DNA of 64,000 nucleotides from Nemertoderma westbladi (lineage: Eukaryota > Animalia > Xenacoelomorpha). Positions 1-13,350 of the stretch are shown piece by piece. Location: assembly GCA_032718475.1 (NCBI GenBank), contig JAUCBJ010002904.1:16038-80037 (forward strand). Reading direction: 5' to 3'. Position 1 is the stretch's first letter. Each line of letters opens with the position of its first letter. The position numbers and the translations under genes were made by a program. The notes under the pieces are model-generated. The model worked only from the letters and a program-made list of their open reading frames with translations. It made no database searches and was not told the origin of the DNA.

Positions 1-161
1 GTTAAATCTAGCAATTACAAAGGCTTCTAAAGTTCCCGCGATAAGGAATGCAATGGGAACATTGCAGGAGGTTTGTGTATTTCTTTGTTCCAGATCGTCA
101 CAACGAGTGTCTTTGCTTAAAGACAACGTTGCAATGTTTTTACCTTCAGCAAGCCATAATC
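1..161 (+). pseudogene. hAT transposase fragment 1 (ZMYM1/Tip100-like), cut by the Gypsy insertion
   Basis: Frame from base 2 reads LNLAITKASKVPAIRNAMGTLQEVCVFLCSRSSQR..., the LNL motif region of hAT transposases. It continues in frame at 13257 once the Gypsy element and one TSD are removed. Confidence 0.8.
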
Positions 162-448
162 TGTGATGATAGACTCAAGGTGAGGGGTTTGGTTATACTT
201 GTTATTATAAGGTGGTGGTTAACACAGGATCCAAGTCCGACTCATTAGACTGGCATGACTTTAACCTAGCTATTAAGAGAGTACTGCTGATATGCTCACC
301 GGTACCTTTGACTGCAATACGGTACAGCTATAGATATTTATATATCATTCAGTATCTAGTCATGCAATTAATTACACTGAATTAGCATTCATCTGTCTGT
401 TATTCGTTTATCTCATTATTGCGGTATCGCATTTCGAGTAACTTAACA
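162..448 (+). repeat. Gypsy 5' LTR
   Basis: TGTGATGATAGA...ACTTAACA. About 6 substitutions versus 12965-13251 by manual comparison. Confidence 0.95.
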
Positions 449-465
449 TGGCGCTGCGAGTAGGG
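449..465 (+). promoter_or_regulatory. Primer binding site, probably tRNA-Ser
   Basis: TGGCGCTGCGAGTAGGG lies directly after the LTR. Its complement CCCTACTCGCAGCGCCA resembles tRNA-Ser 3' ends. Confidence 0.75.
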
Positions 466-718
466 TTGATACCAAACGGAAGTGATTACCCGATCAAACT
501 TGAACACCAAGGGGACAAAGAACAGACTAACAGAAGAATACTGGAATGAATAAATATATATATATGTGAGTCTATCATATGCAGGGTAACTACCTATATT
601 GCTAATTTGTAAACCGACACCAGGTTTTTATTACCGGTACCCCATTTCTGTAATCGCATAGGCCTACCAACTGCTGAACTGCATACCGGTACTACAAAAA
701 AAACTTTTTTTTATAAAT

Positions 719-1249
719 ATGGACAATATGAAAATGGAATTGGAAGCTGCCAAAGCATCCCGAAGAACATTTAAAGGCCATCTAACTAGGTCTAGGGCAA
801 CATTAGAAACTTCTATTAGGGATTATGAAACCCACCCCAAGGAAGCCGAGACTCTGGGGCCACTATGCAGGCTGCTCTTAGGAAATTTGAAGAAAGGGTA
901 GAAACCTTTATCAAAGCAGACAACACGGTAGCTCAAACCCGTGGGGCTACACAACAAGATCTTGCTATGGCAGATGTAGAGGAAGCTGACCTCGAAATTG
1001 TTCGATACACAGGAAAAGTTGCAGACCTCATAGACGCTGAGACCCACACACTGTGTCTTTCCCAGTCGCCTTCACCATTATCACCAATTAGAGGAGCTAG
1101 GCATACCAATGATAACCGTAACCGTTGAATTGCACTTTCACGGGAACAAGCTAAAATAACCGTGTCATCCATTAATAATACACACCAGACAGGTACTGAG
1201 GTATGTCTGTATGTAGGCTATACAATTGGTAAAACAGCAGTAAATAAAC
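719..1249 (+). pseudogene. Gypsy gag N-terminal part (frameshifted)
   Basis: Overlapping helical ORFs 719-901 and 865-1128 downstream of the PBS. Interrupted by the CRE insertion. Confidence 0.6.
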
Positions 1250-4200
1250 ACGGTCAGTTTATTAAATAAACACTGACAGTCTGCACGGTGGCACGATCAA
1301 TCTGCATTCCTTGTCGCGTTCTCGACTATAGACTACTCCTACTCAGTCGGGGCTCGGTACCACGTCCACCCCAGGGACTGTCCCACCGTAGCGGTGGGCG
1401 GCGGCGCGGCGTTGCGTTTGAGGCAATCTGTGACCAACTTGTTTTCTCAGGTCGGTGGGAGGGCGGTCCGACAGCCGCGGAGCGAGGTTTGTTCTTTCTC
1501 ATCCAACTCGATCATCGCATCTCAATCATCCTCTTAATCACCATCCCAATCAGCCATCTACCCACCGGCTAATCAGCCCACAGTGAGCTGCCATTGTCTG
1601 ATTGGTAACTGTCAATTCACTTAATTACTTTAATTCATTATTAAATTCATTATTAATTTCATATTTATATCCGCTTGTATTAGCTGTTATCTCAAATCCA
1701 CTCACATTTAAAATCTACCACCATTCCTGCTACAGCCAACTAATTCTGGCTCAATTTCATTTTCACCATAATTATCATTATAACTGATCAGCTTGTCGTT
1801 TTATTTCTGTTATGTATGTGCCATATGTGTGTGTGTCCTGTCTATGTTGTGCTGTATTGTTTTGTTTGACTGCCCTTATTCTCAGCCTGTCAATCAATTC
1901 CTATTTGTCGTTAGTATTTCATATCACAGCTGCCTGCAAACTGATCATCCTATCCCATCAGCTTCAGTTTAATTTAACCATAAATTGTCTGTTGGACTTT
2001 CTCTAATCACATAACAACAATTGATTTAATTAATTAATCACATAATCGTGTTTTCTTCACTTAACTGTTGATCAATCAATTATTGTACATTGTGTGTGAT
2101 ACATTACTTACTTATCTGTAGATACGATTTTACCCAGTCTAGGTTTCACCAATATTATATCTCGCCCCCCCCATTCCAACCATGAACACCAATAATGGTA
2201 GTGTCATTGATCTATCAGAAAGCATTCTTCGAAACGACCAACCTCCTACCTCGGAAAAGTCCTACTTATTAGCCGGTGTCCCCCTAGCAGAACACCATTT
2301 GAATACACTTAGTAACCGGGAAGGTTGGCTATCTGACTGCCTGATAGACGCCATTATCAGTCATTTCTGTAACCAGTTTCACGGTAGGGCAAAGATCTTT
2401 AGTTCCCATTTTTTGAATATATTTTCGGACCGGGGATCTCACATAACTCAACGCCAAACAAATACCGGTATATTGGACTATGATTTCCTGTTTTTCCCAG
2501 TAAATATTAGAGGGTTTCACTGGGCTCTGGCCGTTGTACGACCGAAAGCTGGATTGATCCACTACTTTGATTCTCTTAAGTGGGCTAACCCAGGTATACT
2601 TAATGCTATTCAACAATGGACTTCATTTGAGGCTTCTAGAAGCAACATCTCCCCTATAAAATTCATTGTAAAGCAGCTACCACACAGGCTTCAATACAAT
2701 AGCTATGAGTGCGGAATTTATGTATGTAGGTTCGCCAAGATGTTCCTTGATAACGGATCCCTTGATGGTATCAATGATAAATCCATTCATGACTTTCGAA
2801 TTTGGTTATCTTTAATGGTCAGGTCATCAGTCACCATAGTCCAGCCAGCATTATCCCCCAAATCTCCCTATATCGGTGCTAACGTCCCAGTTCCTACCAC
2901 CAACGCCACCCCAAAGCCCAGTTCCAAGTGCCAAGTTCCTACCCCAGCAACCCCCACCCTTCCTTTCACCATAGAATCCAACCCATCCCCCATCCCTGTT
3001 CCTCACCAAGTTCATACAGCGCCAAAACAAGCTTCCAATCCTGTTCCCAACGAGATCCCTAGTCTGTCTCCAAACAAAGTCCACCCCCAAGTTCCCCTCC
3101 AATTTCCAAACCCTACTAAAGCACCATCACCAAGCTTTACAAAGACTGTCAATCCGCAGGAATCGATGTTTAGTACTTTTGGGGGTACAGACCCCTCCTT
3201 GCCAGTAAACACTGAACCCCAAATTCTCTCCCAAACTGTGTTTCCGGCAACCACATCTCATCCCCCACCATTCGATTCACCATTAACTTCACTTGAACCA
3301 ATACAGTGTGAACCAGCCAACACAACAAACCATTCCCAAATGGTTTCACCAACAGACGTTTGCCCCGCTCAGCTCCCAGGAAACCCTCAACAGACCCACT
3401 CGGTTTCTTCTGGCCCCATTTTTGATCCCGACGGTACATACGAGCAACTTTCGCCAATTACAGTATCCCAGCCTCCTCCTGCATCTAACCTTTCACCAAC
3501 CAATGCCAAAGCACCAGCGCCAACACTACCCAACAATTTATACACGGTCACACAGCCCTTAGAATCACAATCATCACTATCCAACAACCAGCTCCCCAGT
3601 AGCTCATCGCAGTCCTCCAGTACTCCCAACTGCCCTGTCTGCAACACTCCATTCAGACGGAAATGGCTAATCCAATGCAGTTCATGCCTGAAACAGTTCC
3701 ATGGATCTTGTGTGTCCCTTACCAAAAAGGCCCTTAACAAGGACCCTTCCCAAATTCCTCTTTGGCAATGCAGGCATTGCAAGCAGATACCCAATCTCAT
3801 CAATAAGGAAGGTGAGGCACACCTCCCACCCCTACCTGTTCTCAAAGACATTACTTCTGATTCCTTTCTTTGTGTGTTTGATGTCCTATCCCGGATCAGG
3901 ACCCTCAATCGTATTCCACGTGGTGCCAGACTCAGAGCAGCAGCAACGTATACGCACCTTTGTGATGCACTCGCACTTGACAACAGCCCAGAAAATTGGC
4001 TCAGACTTCTTGCATTCCCTTTTGCACTTCGAGTTCCTTCACAAGGCCATCGCCTGAGGAGAGGTCCTAAGGCAAGAGGACAACCTATAAAATCACTTAC
4101 TACTAAAGTTAAGGAACAAATTGCGGAGTTCGAGGACCTAGCTAAATCTACAGAGCCTTTCACCCTTCCACACCAGAGCCAGCCAACAGGGCATTCGGAA

Positions 4201-6889
4201 CGTAAATCGAAGCTGACCGATCCCGACAACCAACTAGGAAAATTAATATCAGCAAAGATCGAAGAAGGTAATGTTAAGGTGGCAGCTCGCTTAGCCACTT
4301 CCACAACCACGATTGCACCTCCGACTGATGAAACCCTAAGAGCCCTACAGTCTCTCCACCCAACCCGCCCAGCTGAGGACCTTGAGGGAGTACCCTCGAT
4401 TGAGGAAGCAGAAGTACCCCTACTTGAACTCTCATATCCACAAATCTTGAAGTCAATTAGGTTCTTCCCAAATGGATCAGCAGCAGGACCTGATAACTTC
4501 AGGCCTCAGTTCTTCAAGGATATGGTATCTTTACCAGCAGGTGATGGTGCCTTGAGTTGTCTCAAAGCCACTACTGCAGTGGCCAACCTAATGATTAAAG
4601 GCGTAGTGCACGAGGTAGTTCTCCCATTCCTTTACGGCGCTCGGCTCTGTGCCTTCACAAAGCCATTAGGGGGTATCCGGCCGATTGCAGTAGGTTGCAC
4701 CTTACGCCGTCTCACAGCCAAGACAGGATGTCATTCAGCCGCCCAAGAATCCGGACTTAAACTAGGTCCCCACCAGCTTGGATTCGGGACACCACGAGGC
4801 GCCGAGGCAGCGGTCCATGCTTCAAGGCGATTCTTGAGCGAGTCCACCGACGAGGTGATCATGGTGAAGATAGACTTCTCTAATGCCTTTAACAGCGTTC
4901 ACAGAGGGCCTGTCCTGAGGTCGGTACTTAATAACCTCCCACCCCTCTACAACCTCGCATACCAGTCGTATTCCAAACCAACTCACCTATTCTATAGAGG
5001 CTCTATAATCCCGTCAGATAATGGGGTGCAGCAGGGTGATCCCCTTGCATCCCTTTTCTTTAGCAGCGATACAATTGAGCTGGTTGACAGTCTTGAATCT
5101 CCACTGAATGTGTGGTTTCTCGACGACGGATCATTGGGAGGGACAGTCGAGGAGGTCGGAGCTGACTTGAGGAGATCATCGAGGAGGCTGCCAAGTTGGG
5201 CCTAGTGATCAAGGCATCAAAGTGTGAAATGATATTCGGTAAGCACTTCCCCGACAGTCTCAAGGATGCAACTTCTAGCTTATTCGAATCCATCACCCCA
5301 GGCATTAAGGTTTAGGAGCTTTCGGAATCGTCACTACTCGGTGCACCACTCGGTGATTCGTCCCTAGAGACTGCGCTACAGACCAAGATATCTGAACTCG
5401 GTAGACTAGAAGAGCGTCTTCAGCTTCTGAGTGCACACGATGCCCTCTATCTGCTTAGGCACTGCTTTGCAATCCCTAAGTTTATGTACCTCCTACGTTG
5501 TGCACCAGCCTTCAGATCGCACCAGCTGGATGATCTCGACCGAGCCATCCAGCAAGCACTTGAAGTAGCAATCAACACAAAACTCAACAAGGATGCTTGG
5601 ATCCAATCAGCCCTTCCCATTTCTATGGGGGGCCTGGGAGTCCGGAGTACGAGGGACGTCGCTATACCTGCCTTCTTGGCTTCTGTCTACGGATGCAGTC
5701 CCCTACTCCATTCTCTCTTGCCCGCCAGTTTGATTAGCATTGAAGATCCACTCCTATGCATTGCGATCAACAACCTTCCCAAAGACTTCATGCCACCTAC
5801 CAACCGTGCCATTCAGAGGAACTGGGACACCCCACTTTGCATAGAACGCCGTGATGACCTCATCAATCGAACATCAACTCCAAAGGATAGGGCACGACTG
5901 CTAGCGACGAGAGCGGATCATTCTGGCGACTGGCTGCAGGCACTCCCTGTATCAGCGCTAGGACTTAGGCTCAACGACGATGAGCTACGCATAGGAGTCG
6001 CCCTCCGCCTCGGTAGCCCCATATGTGAAGAGCATTCCTGTAGAGGTTGTGGGGTGTTGGTGGACAGGAGTGGAACCCACGGCCTCAGCTGTCTCCATAA
6101 TTATGGAAAATACACCCGTCATGCTGAGGCCAATGACATAATACACCGAGCCCTCTCATCAGCAGGTGTTTCCTCCACACTAGAGCCCCGCGGCCTAGCC
6201 ATAGATGGCAAGAAACCAGACGGAGTGACATTGGGCCCCTGGTCTTCAGGCCGCCCACTAGTGTGGGACTACACCTGTCGTGATACGTTGGCCCAAACGT
6301 ATCTACCAGCCACATCCCAGGAAGCAGGAACAGCAGCAACCATCGCCGAATCAACCAAAGGCTCTAAGTATGCAGCCCTGCAACACAACTATATATTCCG
6401 TACCATTGCGACAGAAACCCTGGGACCGGTAGGAGTCGAAGGCACTGAAACACTTCGCGAAATAGGGCGCAGGATCAGCAATCGGACAGGGGAACCCCGT
6501 TCCACTGCATACCTGTTTCAACGCCTTTCAATAGCCACCATCCGAGGGAATGCAGTAGCAGTTCTTGGCACCCTCCCCAGTCAGGCTAGCTTGGACGAGG
6601 TCTTCCTTATCTGAAACCTCCTTCACTCCGTCTATCCTTCTCTACCACCACCTAGTCTCTTAATCTCTATTTTTGTCCCCACCGAGCCAATCAGTCAGTC
6701 TCCGGTCGCCATTCTCATTGTAATTCTTCTGACATCATTAAGTTATTTATATACTAATCAAACGAAAATTTGTTATTTAATTACATGTATTATATATAAG
6801 ATTTTCTTTATGTAGCTACTGTATCTATATTTAACTGTTTGAATTTCAATGGTATTAATCCAATGTTACGTTTAATATAAAATACGATA
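1250..6889 (+). mobile_element. CRE-clade (R2 group, RLE) non-LTR retrotransposon with Ulp1 and PHD domains
   Basis: Flanked by 12-bp TSD CAGTAAATAAAC (1238-1249 and 6890-6901). About 0.9-kb 5' UTR and one long disrupted ORF. Confidence 0.88.
2182..6614 (+). pseudogene. Ulp1/C48 protease - Pro-rich linker - PHD finger - RT - Zn knuckle - RLE polyprotein (frameshift near 5165, stop near 5313)
   Basis: Protease motifs GWLSD, HWAL, YFDSL and QYNSYECG. PHD CPVC...CSSC...FHGSC...WQCRHC. RT motifs IRPIAVG, KIDFSNAFNSV, GVQQGDP and WFLDDG. C-terminal CRGC...HGLSC, RH, KPDG and LVWD of a restriction-like endonuclease. Confidence 0.9.
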
Positions 6890-6901
6890 CAGTAAATAAA
6901 C

Positions 6902-7877
6902 GTAGGCTTAAGCACCCCCAAATGATAACCCTCTAAAGGCAACTGTAAAATCTCCACCTTTACTTGAATCCAGTGTAGATATCCGCGAATTTACACATTG
7001 GAGAAAGGCTTGGAGAAATTTTTCATTACTTGCTGGCTTATCTCTGAAATCAAGGGAACATCAAGTTGCCATGTTGTGGTCTAACTGTACACCAGAATTT
7101 TTAAATATGGTGGACCACTTAGGAAAAATACCACAAGATACAGACATGGCCCTAGATGATGTCCTAGAATCAATTGCAAAACATCTGCGTAGCACCAGAA
7201 ATATAAATGAAGATATTCAATTATATTTACAAGTAAAACAACAACCACATGAAAAAATTGGCAAATATTATTCGAGATTATTAGAATTAGCTGAATATGC
7301 TGAAGCAGCCACATTAACATTTGATCAGCTAGCAACTGCTCTATTCATTTTAGGAGCAAATGATGAAGAGGCCAAACGCCTTGTGCTAAAAAACATACCA
7401 CCATTAGATTTAGAAGAAACTGTGAAAATTTTTATAGCTGAAGAGTTAGCCCGTGAAACTGCTCCCAAATTAGAAACGCAGTTAACAAAATCACAATTAT
7501 CAGCTATTACCGATGTTGTATACGACAATAATGATAGCGATATTATAGCAGCTACAAGACCAACTGCTTATCGACGTAGTAAATATAGTACCCCTAACCC
7601 TAATGGTAATACTATCATATAATAGAAGAAATGGTAATAACACTGTTATTAGTCACCTCTGTTATTAACAGAGGTGAATTCTCATATAACCAGCAGCAGC
7701 CCCAACAAAACCGCTCCTGGTCAAGTAATAATCGGCCTCCAGTAACAAATATAAGGAAGTCCTGTGGCGCTTGTGGTGATGCCATACCACATTCACAAAT
7801 GAGACCATGCCCTGCCAAACATATCACTTGTTTTCGATGCGGATTTACAGGACATTTTCAAGCACTTTGTCGTGCAA
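6902..7877 (+). pseudogene. Gypsy gag C-terminal part with Zn knuckles
   Basis: ORFs 7071-7622 and 7631-7939. QQPHEKIGKYYSRL is MHR-like, and CGACGDAIPH...CPAKHITCFRCGFTGHFQALC is the paired knuckle typical of Mag-clade gag. Confidence 0.85.
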
Positions 7878-9552
7878 CAGTGATTTTTTATGTCCTTTTA
7901 TTTGACTTTTTAGTCCTTTTTTTTACGAATTATGCATAATGACTTTTGTTGTCCTTTTAATGACTTTTATTGTCCTTTTAATGACTTTTTATGTATGTAT
8001 TTCTTCAAACTGTCAGACTGCTGATTTCTGGACTGTCAGACAGTTGATTTCACTATGCCTGTGCCAAAACATTCCATGATTCCATGATTTATAGACTATG
8101 AGATAGATTTCCATATGCGCCATTTCTATATTTAATAGTTTGTGGTTGTTGTCGATAATCGATTACCACATGACGTAGCAAAACACTCATTTTATAGCCA
8201 AAAACAATTACCAATTGATGGAAAGGAGCAGGTTAAGGCCGAGTTTTCTAACCAAAACAATAAACAGTCACTTTACCAAATCAGGGAAAGGAGCAGGTTA
8301 CAGAGACGGGATTTTCTAACCAAAACAATAAACGATCACTTAACTAATTGAGGGAAAGGAGCAGGTTACAGAGGCGGGATTTTCTGACCAAAACAATAAA
8401 CGATCACTTAACTTATTGAGGGAAAGGAGCAGGTTACAGAGCGGGATTTTCTAACCAAAACAATAAACGATCATTTAACTAATTGAGGGAAAGGGACAGG
8501 TTACAGAGGCGGAATTTTCTAACCAAAACAATAAACGATCACTTAACTAATTGAGGGAAAGGAGCAGGTTACTGAGGCGGGATTTTCTAACCAAAACAAT
8601 AAACGATCATTTAACTAATTGAGGGAAAGGGGCAGGTTACAGAGGCGGGCCTTTCTAACCAAAACAATAAACGGTCACTTTACCAATTCAGGGAAAGGAG
8701 CAGGTTACAGAGGCGGGATTTTCTAACCAAAACAATAAACGATCATTCAACTAATTGAGGGAAAAGGGCAGGTTACATAGGCGGGATTTTCTAACCAAAA
8801 CAATAAACGATCATTTAACTAATTGAGGGAAAGGAGCAGGTTATAGAGACGGGATTTTCTAACCAAAACAATAAACGATAACATTACCAATTGAGAGAAA
8901 GGAGCAGGTTACAGAGGCGGGATTTTCTAACCAAAACAATAAACGATAACATTACCAATTGAGGGAAAGGAGCAGGTTACAGAGGCGGGATTTTCTAACC
9001 AAAACAATAAACGATCACATAACTAATTGAGGGAAAGGAGCAGGATAAGGCCGGATTTTCTAACCAAAACAATAAACAGTCACTTTACCAAATCAGGGAA
9101 AGGAGCAGGTTATCCGTAACACTACTCAGACAGTAGTCATGATCCATTATTTGTTATAAAACTAATACAGTAATAGGCCTAAATTATGTGAAAGGTATAT
9201 CCACATTTTCCACAATCCTGCAATCCAGTTTGGCCTATCAGTTATTTAAAATTTATTAGCACAACCGGTAGGCCTACCATTACCGTATTTTAATGGTAGG
9301 CTACACAGTAGGCCTATTTGCAGTACCGATGCCGGTACCGGTACTAAAATACAGAAATACCTGCTTTATACCTACATCTGTACATACAATACAGCAAAAT
9401 AGTGCTATATATACTAATACCGGTACTGATAGCCTGAGAGAACAGCAGTAGAGAAACCGGTAGCATGGAACCTAACAATAGACTTTTGGAGGACATAAAA
9501 AATAAAAAAAAAAGGACAAAAAAAGGATTTAAACGGACAATAAAAATTATTG
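7878..9552. mobile_element. Non-autonomous TIR-like element (MITE) with internal tandem array
   Basis: Imperfect terminal inverted repeats CAGTGATTTTTTATGTCC and GGACAATAAAAATTATTG, plus subterminal GTCCTTTT/AAAAGGAC motifs. It interrupts gag-protease. No TSD could be identified. Confidence 0.6.
8220..9112 (+). repeat. 68-bp tandem repeat, about 13 copies
   Basis: Unit GGGAAAGGAGCAGGTTACAGAGGCGGGATTTTCTAACCAAAACAATAAACGATCATTTAACTAATTGA, starting at 8284, 8352, 8420, 8487, 8555 and onward. Confidence 0.95.
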
Positions 9553-12500
9553 CGGAATAAAATATACAGGAAAGTGCTCTGTGATTGGTGCATTACCTAA
9601 AAGAACTTTACTTCTTGATGTAGAAATAAACAGGCAACTTATAGGAACAGTGAAAGCACGCCGGGATACCGGTTCAGATGCTACGGTAGGAGGTATAAAT
9701 TTCTTACATTCACTTGATTTAATGAACACAACCACACTCGACCCCCCCACAGTAGACAAGTTTGAATAAATAAATGGAGGAAATTTAGAACAACTAGGAA
9801 CTTTAAACATTAGATTTAGAATCGGAAATAATCATATAGATACCAAAATTGTCATATGTGCAGCTGTTGAGATGGTATACTTATCATTAGAAGATAGCAT
9901 AGGACTTGGAATAATTCATTCTAATTTCCCATATCCGATACCAAATATACCCAATCGTATACAAGAACATGCTATGGAAACCACAAGAGAAGTCGGTAAA
10001 ATCAAACAAATAAACGCAAATAATAACAGTAAAGCTGTTTACACAAGATCCATCAGCGAAAATAAATCAATACAAGAAATAAATGAAATTAACAAAAGTG
10101 ATTTGTGGAATAAAACCAACAGGGAAACATGGATAAATTCACTTCCTACAGAACCTACTGTAGAAGAGAGGCAATCTGTAGTAAATGTCTTAATGGAAAA
10201 ATATAACATTGCTTTTGATGATAACAATTTCCTTCGACCTATGATGGGAGAAGATGTCGGTGATCCACTACATATTACATTAAAGAAAGATGCTAAACCA
10301 TTTTCAATACATACAGCAAGATCTATTCCAATACCACTAAAAGAAAAGGCAAAGAATGAAATCTATAACATGGTTAACAAAGGCATAATAGCACCTGTGG
10401 GCCCTGTACCAACATCATGGTGTCACCCAATGGTGATCATTCCTAAACCAGATGGTGATGTTCAAGTTTGCGCAGATCTAACTCGGCTTAATATACAAAT
10501 AGAACGAACAGTCCATCCAACTATTACACCAGCAGAAGCAGTAGCATCAATAGAATCATCAAGTAAATATTTTGTAAAATTAGACGCCCGCAGGGGATAT
10601 TGGCAGTTTCCCATAAATGAGGAAAGTCAGAGTTTAACGGTCTTTATAACACCTTGGGGTAAATTTTATTATTTGCGTGCCCCAATGGGTCTTATGGATA
10701 CAGGGGACCACTACGGATTTAGAGGTGATATCGCATTCAATGAAATTGCAGGTATTCAGAAGATAGTAGATGATACATTAGTTGGTCGCCCAACATATCA
10801 TGAAGCACTTAAAGTTGCTTGTATTTTATTAGAAAGATGTATAAAATTTGGTATTACCCTAAACCAAAATAAATGTCGATTTGGGGAAACAGAAGTCATG
10901 TTTGCAGGATATAAAATACATAATGGTAACTATACCATAGATGAGAAGAAAGTGACAGCCATAACAAACTTCCCGGCACCTAAAACACGCACTGAATTGC
11001 GATCCTTTCTTGGATTAGCTAATCAGTTAGGATCATTTACACACGAATTGGCATCAGCAACAGAACCCCTGCGTCCTTTACTACAAAAAAGGAGCATATT
11101 CACATGGCTTCCAGAACATGAATTAGCCTTTCAGAGAACAAAAGAAGTCTTAACATCCCCAGTCGTGAAAGCTCTATATGATCATAAACATGAAACAATC
11201 GTAACATGTGATGCATCTCGACGAAATGGTTTGGGATTTGCACTATTGCAGTTAGACAAGGAAAATAACTGGCGATTAGTGGAATGTGGATCCCGATATT
11301 TACAGGACGCCAAATCACGTTATGCAGTTTGTGAGATGGAAGCACTAGCAATATATTGGGCAATAACGAAATGCTGAATATATCTCGCCGGTTTGCCCTA
11401 CTTCAAAGTCATTACAGACCACAAACCTCTAGTTCAAATATTTAATGAAAAAAGATTAGATGAAATTGAAAATCCAAGACTACAAGCGTTACTGTTCTAA
11501 ATTAAATGGTTATTCGTTTGACATAAAATGGAAAAAAGGGAAAGACAATATCATAGCAGATGCACTATCTCGTTCACCTGTTGACAAACCAACCCAAGAA
11601 GACCTCGGAGAGATGAAAGACAGCACGAAAATGGCAGCTGTAATGTTGACTGCATTGAATGTCACTGCTGAACCATCTGACCTTATCCTGGATGATTTAA
11701 GACATGCGGCTAAAGAAGATGATGACTATTTCTCATTAATAAATGCGATTGAATTTGGTTTTGAAAACAGTAACAGTAATAGAAACAATTAATATATACA
11801 ATAACAATTAATTTTAGTGATATTTGGCAGGCGTAATGTAATACCAAAATCCAAGATTAAAACTATTTTGAATAAACTCCATTTGTCACATCAAGGAATT
11901 GAACGTACTCGACGACGAGCCAGAGATAATGTTTACTGGCCAGGATTTAATAATGACATTAAAATGAAGATTGAATCGTGCCAAATATGTCAGGAAAGTA
12001 GACCATCGAATAGGAAAGAACCAGAAATTCAAGATTTTATTCCGTCTAGACCATATCAATCAGTATCAGCTGATTTATTCCACTCCAATGGAAAGTCGTA
12101 CCTAGTTTATTCTGACAGATACAGCGGATTTCCATTAATAGATGATTGGAATAGATTACCATCCTCTGCCCAAGTGATTAAAGCTTTGAGGTCGTTTTTT
12201 GCTTTAATGGGAGCCCCCATTCACATACGCACTGATGGTGCAGGTCAATTTGATAGTGAAGAAATGCGCCACTTCTTTGACCTTTGGGGGGTAGTATGGC
12301 AACCATCTACACCTACCTATGCCCAAAGCAATGGACATGCCGAGTCCTCAGTTAAAACAATCAAGAGCCTCGTTTCAAAATGCCCAAATGGGGATATCCA
12401 GAGCCAGGAGTTTCTCGCAGGATTATTAGAACTTCGAAATACCCCACGAACCGATTCTATGTCCCCAGCGGAACGAGTTTTTGGATATCCAACCAGATCA

Positions 12501-12923
12501 TTAATTCCTGCTCACCAATCGACATTAAGCAAACAATGGCAAAAGGAAGTTGACATTGCAGATATTAATCGATGTCTGATTAAATGTAAAGAGACATTAT
12601 ATTATGACCATGGGGCGCAAACTTTGCCAAGGCTGAATGTGAATGACCGGGTGTATATACAAAATGAACGTAGTAAATGGTGGAACCGTTCCGGAACAAT
12701 AATCGAAATATCTCCCTTTCGGGGATATCGTGTTCGACTACGATCTGGTTTTGTGATGTGGAGAAACCGTCGATTCCTTCGACTACGTAAAGAACATACA
12801 AGTACACATGAAATAACTGAAACTCCCATCGGCAACAACCATACAGTTCATGAACCACAAGGTGAGAAACGAACAAGCGATCAAGTAAGAAATCAAATCA
12901 AACGCTACCCAGAAACATTTTAG
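9553..12923 (+). pseudogene. Gypsy pol (protease, RT, RNase H, integrase) with stops and frameshifts
   Basis: DTGS protease. RT motifs WCHPMV, LDARRGYWQ and IVDD. RNase H CDAS and EMEALAI. Integrase HLSHQG...CQIC, SADLF, TDG and SNGHAESSVK. Confidence 0.93.
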
Positions 12924-12953
12924 TCATATGCAATTAACCTTGATATGACTCGT

Positions 12954-12963
12954 AGGAGGGGAG
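12954..12963 (+). promoter_or_regulatory. Polypurine tract
   Basis: AGGAGGGGAG immediately before the 3' LTR. Confidence 0.85.
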
Positions 12964-12964
12964 T

Positions 12965-13251
12965 TGTGATGATAGACTCAAGGTGAGGGGTTTGGTTATA
13001 CTTGTTATTCTAAGGTGGTGGTTAACACAGGATCCAAGTCCAACTCATTAGACTGGCATGACTTTAACCTAGCTATTAAGAGAGTACTGCTGATATGCTC
13101 ACCGGTACCTTTGACTGCAATACGGTACAGCTATAGATATTTATATATCATTCAGTATTTAGTCATGCAATTAATTACACTGAATTAGCATTCATCTGTC
13201 TGTTATTTGTTTATCTCATTATTATGGTATCGCATTTCGAGTAACTTAACA
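12965..13251 (+). repeat. Gypsy 3' LTR
   Basis: Direct repeat of 162-448, followed by TSD TAATC. Confidence 0.95.
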
Positions 13252-13256
13252 TAATC

Positions 13257-13350
13257 GTCTGAAACAACTGTGCGAGACACGATGGGTTGAATGGCATGAC
13301 TCTATTATTATATTCCTTGAACTGTAAAAAGCCGTGGTAGAGACTCTTGA
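13257..13350 (+). pseudogene. hAT transposase fragment 2
   Basis: RLKQLCETRWVEWHDSIIIFLEL*KAVVETL contains the hAT TRW motif and is in frame with fragments 1 and 3. Confidence 0.85.

Larger units (their letters stand above)
162..13251 (+). mobile_element. Ty3/Gypsy LTR retrotransposon, Mag-like, decayed, with two nested insertions
   Basis: 287-bp TG...CA LTRs at both ends, 5-bp TSD TAATC (157-161 and 13252-13256), PBS, PPT, and gag-PR-RT-RH-IN order. Confidence 0.95.

Noticed and set aside
1340-1580. HDV-like ribozyme in the CRE 5' UTR
   Set aside because: A GGCTAAT motif and hairpins exist, but I could not assemble the nested double pseudoknot.
3387-4310. 307-aa antisense ORF and other short antisense ORFs over TE genes
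   Set aside because: They are shadows of the sense-strand coding frames with no recognisable motifs.
8220-9112. CRISPR-like repeat-spacer pattern
   Set aside because: The whole 68-bp unit is repeated, with no unique spacers.
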